DNA from: Planctomycetota bacterium
GTDB lineage: Bacteria; Planctomycetota; Planctomycetia; Pirellulales; Thermoguttaceae
Direction of reading: 5' to 3'
Assembly (NCBI GenBank): GCA_029550925.1
Contig: JAKPGL010000016.1
Span: forward strand, 1,734 to 65,733
Length of the DNA: 64,000 nt
Below the pieces are notes generated by a model. It worked only from the letters and a program-made list of their open reading frames with translations, had not been told where the DNA came from and did no database searches. Below are positions 56,872-64,000 of the stretch, piece after piece. The position numbers and the translations under genes were made by a program. How positions within the stretch are numbered: position 1 is the stretch's first letter; the number at the start of each line of letters is the position of its first letter.

Positions 56872-58518
56872 TTACGGTTTGGCCGAAGGCGGCGGGCGTT
56901 TCCAGATATCGACCGTCGCATCGTTTTTTTGCGTCGGGCCCGGCCGGGTTCGGCCCTCGGACACTTGCCGCTCTAAAAGTTGTACCAAGCGTTGCACCAT
57001 CTCCGGGTGTTGGGCCTGGAGATTTTTTTGTTCGGCTGGATCATCGGCCAGATTATAAAGCTGCACTTCCGGCAGTCCTTGCCGACGGGCTTCCGCATCG
57101 CCTGGCCGACTCCAGCCCCCGCTTCCCGGCGCAAGGAGCAATTTCCACGGCCCTTGCCGGATGGCAAACTTGCCGCTGACCGAGTGCAATATCAATGTTT
57201 CTCGCACCGGCCCCGATGCCTTGCCCCATAGGACCGGCAGAAAGCTGAAGCTATCTTCGGCGGCGTTTTCCGGCAGTTGAGCGCCCACCAATTCGGCGCA
57301 TGTGGCCATCAGATCCACCAGCCCCACCAATTGATCACTCCGACTTCCTGCCTGGACCCGACCGGGCCAACGCACCAGCAGAGGTACCCGATGGCCGCCT
57401 TCCCACAGATCGGCTTTCGCCCCACGCAGTCCCCCAGCCGGGTCGTGCCCCTTGGCCCGCAGGGCGCCGAAATCGGCTTGCGGCGACGGTCCATTATCGC
57501 TGGAGAAAAGGAGCAGGGTATTGTCGGCCAGGCCGTGTTTTTCGAGGGCCTGGAGGATTTGGCCCACGCACTCGTCGTTTTGCATGACAAAATCGGCGTA
57601 GGGGTTCAGGCCGCTTCGGCCTTGCCAGGCGTCCGAAGGCACAATCGGCGTATGCGGCGAGGCCAGCGCCAAATACAGGAAGAACGGTTTGCCGGATCGC
57701 GCCTCGGCTGCCCGACGTTCGATGTACTGGACGGCTTTTTGGGTAAGCGTCGGGAGCACGTTCACGGCTTCAAACTCCGCTGCGGCTGGCCCCCGGCGGG
57801 TCATGGCCGACCGACCTAGCATCATTGGAAACGCTTTATCTACGGTCGGCGCAATCTCTACTTGGTCGTTATGAATAAATGTATAAGGTACCATGTCCAA
57901 CGAGCCAGCAATGCCGAAAAACTCGTCGAAGCCGGCGGTCAGCGGTCCTTCGGTGAGAGGCTTGGAGTAATCGACGTTCCAGCCTTCCGGCCCTTTTTCG
58001 ATAGAGTCGGTAAATGGCTGGGTATTCGGCTTTCGGGGCCAACCGAGTCCCAGATGCCATTTGCCGATGCAGGCGGTATGGTACCCGGCCTTTCGGAGCA
58101 GGCCCGGCAACGTTAACCGCTCCGGCGGAATCAGCGGCGGCGACAAGCCACCCAACACACCGCTTTGGAGCCGACTCCGCCAACTGTATCGGCCGGTAAG
58201 CAGTGCATACCGGGTGGGCGTACAGACCGAGGAGGTACTATGGGCGTCGGTAAACTGCATGCCTTCCCGGGCCAACCGATCTAAATATGGCGTCGGAATC
58301 TTCCCCTCCGGATTATAACAGCCCACGTCTCCATAGCCCAAATCGTCGGCCAAAATGACCACAATGTTTGGCCGAGCCGACGGACCACCTCCCGTTGGAT
58401 ACTCCGACGAGGGTACCTTGGTTGCTGTGTCCGGTCCTGAAGGCGTCGTCTGCCCAGCCCAGGCAGCCAAGGTGTAAAAAATTAAACTCCACAGCACGCT
58501 ACCAACCCTCGCCCGCAT
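56872..58518 (-). CDS. Arylsulfatase (Cys-type, formylglycine-dependent sulfatase family)
   Basis: Has a signal peptide. Motifs NIVVILADDLGYGDVG and the CxPxR motif SSVCTPTRYALLTGRY are present, along with GKWHLG. Confidence 0.88.
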   Translation of the reverse strand: MRARVGSVLWSLIFYTLAAWAGQTTPSGPDTATKVPSSEYPTGGGPSARPNIVVILADDLGYGDVGCYNPEGKIPTPYLDRLAREGMQFTDAHSTSSVCTPTRYALLTGRYSWRSRLQSGVLGGLSPPLIPPERLTLPGLLRKAGYHTACIGKWHLGLGWPRKPNTQPFTDSIEKGPEGWNVDYSKPLTEGPLTAGFDEFFGIAGSLDMVPYTFIHNDQVEIAPTVDKAFPMMLGRSAMTRRGPAAAEFEAVNVLPTLTQKAVQYIERRAAEARSGKPFFLYLALASPHTPIVPSDAWQGRSGLNPYADFVMQNDECVGQILQALEKHGLADNTLLLFSSDNGPSPQADFGALRAKGHDPAGGLRGAKADLWEGGHRVPLLVRWPGRVQAGSRSDQLVGLVDLMATCAELVGAQLPENAAEDSFSFLPVLWGKASGPVRETLILHSVSGKFAIRQGPWKLLLAPGSGGWSRPGDAEARRQGLPEVQLYNLADDPAEQKNLQAQHPEMVQRLVQLLERQVSEGRTRPGPTQKNDATVDIWKRPPPSAKP

Positions 58519-59007
58519 CGATGGATTTCTCCTGGTGGAAAAAAAGCAGTGTTCCCTAGGACTACCTAGGAGTCACTATTCAGAATGAATACTGCTGAAT
58601 AATTACTGAAGTAAGATGGAACCTGGGAAGATTATAGAAGCTAGAAAAGATTCATTTATTTACGTAGATTTTCTATATTTCCTAAAAGTTTATTTTAGTT
58701 TCCTATTTTTTCTATTTTATGATGCCATACCTGCTACTCCGTTCGGTTGAATTGCTGCCCCTATTATAAAAAAAGATAAGAAGGTAAGGTATTCCCAGGG
58801 ACGCTATTCGGGAAGAACGAGAGATTTTTGGGCAAGGGCACCCAATGATGCCTTCCGGAGAAGGCAATTCGTGAACCCCCTGAAAGAGGAGCCGCTCTGA
58901 AAACGCTCATTCGGTATCATGGGGAAAATGCTATATTAAATTGTGCGAGAAATAGGCAAATTGGGATTCCCGCGATATCTTTTTCAGGTACATAAGGACG
59001 ACAGGGG

Positions 59008-59841
59008 ATGACGAACTTTCTGCGAGCCTTGAATACCTTGTTGGCCAATCTTATTGGCCTGGGGGTTTTAGCCGCCCTTGCGGTGGGGGGATATGTTGGC
59101 TATCAGGCTTTGACCGGCGATAAAAGGGCGCTCAAGGAGGTGGAGGAGAAGCTCCAAGCCTCCCAGGCGGAGATTGATCGCCTCAGCGGCCAACTGGCCC
59201 AGCGTGCGCAGCAAATCCAAACCCTCCAAAAAGATTTAGCGGAAAAGCAGAAGCAGATCGAGCAGCTTCGCACAGCCGTTCGGCTATTGAAGGTGCAGCG
59301 CCGTTTGGCCCACTTGGAGGTATTATCCCAGGGCAAATCCCCTCAAACAGGGCAGTTGCAGACGCGTCTTCGCTTTATTGAGGTGGATGACTCAGGCAAA
59401 CCGATCGACCAACCCAGGGAGTTTACCATTGATGGGGATGTGGTCCATGTGGGGGCCTTGGTCATTAAGTTTGCCGACGAATATGTGGAGGCTAACGACA
59501 ACCTGCGTGGGGCGTCGATCTGCCTATTCCATCGGCTTTATGGGGACAAACAGCCCCCAGAAAAGGGGTTCTCTTTGGATCCGGTTGGTTCCCGGCCAGC
59601 CGTGTATCAGACCGGCCAACAGATGACCGATTGGGAACGGGAACTGTGGAAAAACTTCTGGGAGTATTCCAACGACCCGGCCAAAGCCCACCAAGTGGGC
59701 ATTCGAGCCGCCCACGGGGATGCCGTCTATCAGCAACTTCGGCCCGGCAAACGCTATAAGGTCCTGCTGCGAAGCACCGGCGAATTGACCATCCAGCCCG
59801 ACGAGGCGGCAGGGTCTTCTCCCTCTGGGGAAACCGCGTGA
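59008..59841 (+). CDS. Membrane-anchored coiled-coil protein, hypothetical
   Basis: 277 aa. An N-terminal TM (LIGLGVLAALAVGGYVGY) is followed by a heptad-like Q/E/L/K-rich segment of about 70 aa and a globular C-terminal domain. Confidence 0.6.
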   Translation: MTNFLRALNTLLANLIGLGVLAALAVGGYVGYQALTGDKRALKEVEEKLQASQAEIDRLSGQLAQRAQQIQTLQKDLAEKQKQIEQLRTAVRLLKVQRRLAHLEVLSQGKSPQTGQLQTRLRFIEVDDSGKPIDQPREFTIDGDVVHVGALVIKFADEYVEANDNLRGASICLFHRLYGDKQPPEKGFSLDPVGSRPAVYQTGQQMTDWERELWKNFWEYSNDPAKAHQVGIRAAHGDAVYQQLRPGKRYKVLLRSTGELTIQPDEAAGSSPSGETA

Positions 59842-60038
59842 ACCTTCCACGTGCTATTGCTCTGAAGACGCCCAGTAGGGAAAAGTCCTTCTTGCACCCC
59901 AAACGTCCTGCTTCCCCCACCGGGAGTCCGGATTCTTAGTAACGGAGATTCCCGTCTGCACCACCCTCGACAGACCCTAGGCAAGGGGAATAAGATGATA
60001 TATCCCCATGGCCTCGGAAGAAACGATAGGACGGAACG

Positions 60039-60917
60039 ATGAATTGGTTGGCAGGATTTGAGAAGATCGTGCGGTCAGACGAGCCGTTGGCTATGCACAC
60101 CTGGTTTCAACTGGGCGGCCCGGCGGAGTTCTTTGCCGAACCACGTTCGCTGGAAGAATTGGCCGCCTTGGTCCAGCGATGCCAGGAGCAGCAAGTACCC
60201 CTGCGGGTCTTGGGACGCGGATCGAATATCCTGGTCCGGGACGAAGGCGTCCGGGGGGTGGTCGTGCAACTGACCGCCGGGGTCTTTCGGCAGATTCAGG
60301 TCCAGGGAGAAGAAATTACCGCCGGCGGGGGCGCCAGGCTAGGCCGGGTCGTAACAACGGCCGTCCATCAAGGGTTAGCCGGGCTGGAGCCGTTGGTGGC
60401 TATCCCCGGTTCTGTGGGCGGTGCGTTGCACACCAATGCAGGTGCGGTAGGGGCGGACATTGGCCAATGGACCGCCGCCGCCACGGCCATGACAGAAACC
60501 GGGGAAATTGTCCATCGGACTGGCGACGAATTGGTGTTTGGCTATCGACAAAGCAGCCTGGATGAACCGATCATCTTGGAGGCCCGCTTTCGTTTGGAGC
60601 CGGACGACCCACGAGAACTGGCCCAACGGTTGCAAAAACTCTGGATTCTCAAAAAAGCCAAGCAGCCGATGGGCCATCAGTCGGCCGGCTACATTTTCAA
60701 AGACCCTCCGGGCCTTAGCGCTGGAGAACTGATCGAACAAGCCGGCCTGAAAGGCACCCGCATCGGCGGCGCGGTGGTTTGCGACCGAAACCCCAACTTC
60801 CTCATTGCCGAGCCGGAATGCACGGCCCAAGATGTCCTCCGATTGATCGACCTGTTGCGCGAGCAAGTGCGGGACCGACTGGGAATCGAGTTAGAACTGG
60901 GATTGGAGATTTGGTAA
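60039..60917 (+). CDS. murB: UDP-N-acetylenolpyruvoylglucosamine reductase
   Basis: 292 aa. Motifs HTWFQLGGPAEFF, VLGRGSNILVRD, YRQSSL and AGYIFKDP are present. Confidence 0.9.
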   Translation: MNWLAGFEKIVRSDEPLAMHTWFQLGGPAEFFAEPRSLEELAALVQRCQEQQVPLRVLGRGSNILVRDEGVRGVVVQLTAGVFRQIQVQGEEITAGGGARLGRVVTTAVHQGLAGLEPLVAIPGSVGGALHTNAGAVGADIGQWTAAATAMTETGEIVHRTGDELVFGYRQSSLDEPIILEARFRLEPDDPRELAQRLQKLWILKKAKQPMGHQSAGYIFKDPPGLSAGELIEQAGLKGTRIGGAVVCDRNPNFLIAEPECTAQDVLRLIDLLREQVRDRLGIELELGLEIW

Positions 60918-61059
60918 ACGGCCGGCTTCTGGGGCTGAGACGTTCAGGGGACCTAATAAGGACAAAGACCGACCCGTAGGTATCCGACCAAGAGGGCGAT
61001 CCTTTTGGCGGGGGGAATGGTTCGTCCTCTCCCCTGACGAGATGGGCGGATGATGGGAA

Positions 61060-61986
61060 ATGAACGGCAGTAAAAAGAAAACATCCTCTGCGAATCGGTC
61101 GCGTTGGCGGGAGGCCATAACGAGGTATTTATCTGGGCCGGGCCGTTGGCTGCTCTGGATTGGCGTTTTAGTGGGCCTATTTGTGTTGGGGGCGTGGCTT
61201 GGCTGGCAAGTGATCCGAGATAGGGTCCTCTTCTCAGAAACCTATCTTGTCCAAAAGGAACACATCTTCTTCGTCTCGCCTCAGCCGGAGTGGGTTCGTT
61301 CCGACGTGATCGGCGACGCCTTTCGGACGGCTGGCCGAGATGGCCCCTTGTATCTATGGCAAGATCGCCTCTGCCAGCAACTGGCCGACGCCTTTGCTCA
61401 GCACCCTTGGGTCGCCAGAGTAGAACGAATCGCCAGAAGCTATCCGGCCCGCATCGAGGTCCAGCTCCAGTGGCGTCGGCCAGTCTGCACGGTCCTGTGG
61501 CAGCAACAGCTTTTTCCCGTCGATGGGGAGGGGACGCTTTTACCCGGCGCGGATTTTTCGGCGGCAGAAGCGGCTCGGTATCCTCGGCTTTTGGGCGTCT
61601 CCACGCCGCCGCCCAGCGTTTCCGGCGCCCGATGGCAGGACGGCCGAGTGATCGAGGGCGCTCAAATCGCCGCCGCCTTGGGGCCGGTATGGGAAAAGTT
61701 TCGGCTGAGTTCTATTCGCGCCGTCCCTCTGACGGAAGGTTCAGCCGCCGAAACCCTCTATGAACTATGGACGCACGGCGGAAGCCGAATTATTTGGGGT
61801 CTGGGGCCGACGGTCCAGCGTCCCGCCGAACCCACCGTGGCCGACAAAATCGCCCGCCTCCAACGCTACGTGCAGGAACACGGCGCCTTGGATACCCCCC
61901 AAGGCCCGCAGACCCTTGATCTGCGCATGTTGCCTGCTGCTCCAGAACAAACAAAGGAACCCCCGATTGCCCCCAAGGCGACCTAG
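61060..61986 (+). CDS. FtsQ/DivIB-like POTRA-domain membrane protein
   Basis: Has a basic N-terminus and one TM (WLLWIGVLVGLFVLGAWLGW). The POTRA-like signature is HPWVARVERIARSYPARIEVQLQWRRPVCTV..LFPVDGEGTLLP. It lies directly downstream of murB. Confidence 0.55.
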   Translation: MNGSKKKTSSANRSRWREAITRYLSGPGRWLLWIGVLVGLFVLGAWLGWQVIRDRVLFSETYLVQKEHIFFVSPQPEWVRSDVIGDAFRTAGRDGPLYLWQDRLCQQLADAFAQHPWVARVERIARSYPARIEVQLQWRRPVCTVLWQQQLFPVDGEGTLLPGADFSAAEAARYPRLLGVSTPPPSVSGARWQDGRVIEGAQIAAALGPVWEKFRLSSIRAVPLTEGSAAETLYELWTHGGSRIIWGLGPTVQRPAEPTVADKIARLQRYVQEHGALDTPQGPQTLDLRMLPAAPEQTKEPPIAPKAT

Positions 61987-62004
61987 TCCTCCGGGGCTTG
62001 CTCT

Positions 62005-63468
62005 TCAGACGGCGGGCAGTTCCAGGACGAATCGGTTGTTAGCGCCGGGGGCCAGTTCCACGCTCTTTTCGACCTGTCGGCCTTGGACGGAGGCCCGGAT
62101 CGTGTATTGCCCGTAGAAACCCTCCCAACGGAATATGCCGTGCTGGTCGGTTTTGCCTTCGGTTCGGGTCCACCACTGGCCCTTGACCAGTCGCCTGAGT
62201 TCCTCATAGGCCGGTTTGGGCGACATGTCTTTTCGCACGAGTCCGGCCGGCGCCCCCTGCCAGGCGCCCAGATCCGAAAAGTCCCACCAGGTAATGGCCT
62301 CCACCGCCGGATGGGAAAAGAGCATCGTATAAAACCGCACTACTTCCTGCGCCTGCCACTTTTCCCCTTCGGGTGTAGAAAGCCATTGGTCGGGCGGCAA
62401 AAACCAGCCCCGCTGGCCGGAAAGAATCGTCGTTTCGGTAAAATGCACGGGCAAGCCGAACCGGCCAAACCGCTCACAGACATCCCATATCTTTCGATTG
62501 GACCAGACGCCGCCGTGCTGATGACTCTGGATGCCGATGGCATTGATGGGCAGCCGACCATCAGAGCCTTTTAACTCTTCCAGCAGTTTTTCGTACCGGG
62601 GATCGACGATGTAGTCGTTGACCAAAAGAAAGGCTTTCGGCGAGGCAGCCCGTGCACGCTCCAGGCACCGTTTGGTAAACTCCACCCGACCCAGTTTGGC
62701 CCAGGCGGCCGTAAGCCGAGGCGCCTGACGCTGACACTCCGGCCGGTCAAACTCCACCGCCTCGTTGACCACATCCCAATAGTCCACCAGCCCCGCAAAC
62801 CGTTTCACACAGTCTTCAATCCGGCCCAATTGGAGCCGAAGCACCTCCTCCGGGCTATCGGGCAGCCAGCGAGGTTCGCCCCAGTTCCAGGCCAACGGAT
62901 GGCCTTTCGCGGCGATCTGATGGGCCTGACACCATCGGGCCACTTGTTCCGTATATTCATGCCGGGGTTGGCCCGCCTGAGATTCATAGCCCCACCAATA
63001 GAAGCCCAAGGTGGCGTAGTTGAACAGGTCGGCAAATCGCTGCCGATAGGCTTCTTGTAAGCGAGCCGTCGGATTATCGGGCCGAGCAGCGTCGATCGGC
63101 CGCCACAGGAAGATATTGCAACCGAACAAAAACCGATGGCGGGTTTGTTGGATTTGGACGACGGCTTCCGGCGCCGGCCGAGCGGCGGAGACCACCTCCA
63201 CCACCGCGGGCGATTTTCGGCATCGGCGAATCCGCTCTTCCGCCCCGGCCAACAGTTCTTGGTCGGTGAGTTGAGGAGCTGGAGTGGGGGCAGCCCATCC
63301 GATTGCCGTTCTCCAGCCCACCGTCCCTCCGAGAATACCAAGACTTTTCAGGAAAGTTCTTCGTGCAACCGCATCGCTTCGGAAAGAAGAAGCCGAAGAA
63401 GACGTTTCATCGCCGGCCAAGGCCAAACGCTTTTTCAGAATGCGGAACTTTTTTTCATGATCCGACAT
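62005..63468 (-). CDS. Tat-signal glycoside hydrolase family 10 (endo-beta-1,4-xylanase-like) with a C-terminal beta-sandwich domain
   Basis: A Tat-like motif RRTFLKSLGILGG is present. The GH10-like motifs are GHPLAWN, YWDVVNEAV (acid/base region), GIQSHQH and VHFTETT (nucleophile region). Confidence 0.7.
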   Translation of the reverse strand: MSDHEKKFRILKKRLALAGDETSSSASSFRSDAVARRTFLKSLGILGGTVGWRTAIGWAAPTPAPQLTDQELLAGAEERIRRCRKSPAVVEVVSAARPAPEAVVQIQQTRHRFLFGCNIFLWRPIDAARPDNPTARLQEAYRQRFADLFNYATLGFYWWGYESQAGQPRHEYTEQVARWCQAHQIAAKGHPLAWNWGEPRWLPDSPEEVLRLQLGRIEDCVKRFAGLVDYWDVVNEAVEFDRPECQRQAPRLTAAWAKLGRVEFTKRCLERARAASPKAFLLVNDYIVDPRYEKLLEELKGSDGRLPINAIGIQSHQHGGVWSNRKIWDVCERFGRFGLPVHFTETTILSGQRGWFLPPDQWLSTPEGEKWQAQEVVRFYTMLFSHPAVEAITWWDFSDLGAWQGAPAGLVRKDMSPKPAYEELRRLVKGQWWTRTEGKTDQHGIFRWEGFYGQYTIRASVQGRQVEKSVELAPGANNRFVLELPAV

Positions 63469-63499
63469 AATTTCAACCTCCCGGGGAGAAAGAATATCC

Positions 63500-63725
63500 G
63501 TAACAGTTCAGCCAAATGGAGACGCCTCTAGTTGTCATCCCCGCAAAGGTTTACGATGGGGGGGCTCTTGGGCTTGCCTCTGGTAGGAATGATAAAGGTA
63601 GCAACCTCAGGGCAGCCTAGATTCCCGCTTGCGCGGGAATGGCATTCTTGGGACTGCCGTTTGCACGGCAATGACAATTTATGGGCCTTCTTTCCCGTAA
63701 GTCTCCTTCCCTCGGCCGAACTGTA
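63500..63725 (+). mobile_element. MITE-like palindromic repeat, copy 6 (divergent)
   Basis: The left terminus is GTAACAGTTCAGCCAAATGGAG. The core CTCTGGTAGGAATGATAAAGGTAGCAACCTCAGGGCAGCCTAGATTCCCGCTTGCGCGGGAATGGCA aligns with the family. The right end is degenerate (CTCGGCCGAACTGTA). AATATCC flanks both sides, at 63493-63499 and 63726-63732. Confidence 0.55.
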
Positions 63726-63970
63726 AATATCCGAGGGTAAAGTTGCAGGAACTTTTGGAGCGGCCCGGAGGGACTCGCCGCTGCGGGGATAGACGCACTA
63801 AGACCCCACAGAAATTTTGGCAGGACTGCTCTTTCGTTTCTGACGCCGCATTTTATAATAAAAGTTAATCCTCCACAATGCTTTTGGTTTACCTCAGATA
63901 ATCCCCCAAACCCGCCTCATAAAAGATCTCGCCAGAATCTACGTCCTACCAAACGAAAGGAGTTTTTCCC

Positions 63971-64000
63971 ATGGCCGGTTTCGTTCCAAGACGCCGACGG
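63971..64000 (+). CDS. Possible 5' end of a CDS truncated by the window end
   Basis: ATG at 63971 lies 8 nt after GAAAGGAG. Only 10 codons are visible (MAGFVPRRRR). Confidence 0.25.
   Translation, partial: MAGFVPRRRR

Overview
This 64-kb window looks like a chromosomal segment from a Planctomycetota-type genome, judged by eye at high-50s % GC. Supporting signs are a DUF1559 protein with the prepilin-like N-terminus [34 protein letters not shown], a Cys-type sulfatase, a 1352-aa hybrid kinase, an RRM protein and Tat-signal enzymes. I call about 45 protein-coding genes on both strands, mostly housekeeping: fmt, tilS, hypF, a UvrD-like helicase, dapF, folC, ligA, tatA, moaE/moaA, murB, an ftsQ-like gene and two phosphohexomutases. 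The rest are signalling, envelope and transport genes. I recognised no rRNA, tRNA or CRISPR array, and no transposase, integrase, phage gene or known defence cassette. Many ORF-track entries are N-terminally over-extended or are antisense shadow ORFs. Where possible I re-set starts to internal ATG/GTG codons that have a Shine-Dalgarno-like motif. The most distinctive feature is a family of roughly 195-230 bp palindromic, MITE-like intergenic repeats. It has six full-length copies, one longer relative and one decayed fragment. The terminal inverted repeats are about 22 bp (GTAACAYTTTAGCCGAATGCAG). Two copies have perfect 8-bp target-site duplications and two more have partial ones. One copy supplies the last three codons and the stop codon of folC. 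The GTAA termini plus 8-bp duplications fit what I recall of IS66-family elements, but no autonomous partner lies in this window. Other observations are lower-interest gene-context oddities. I did not find a clear novel multi-gene system.
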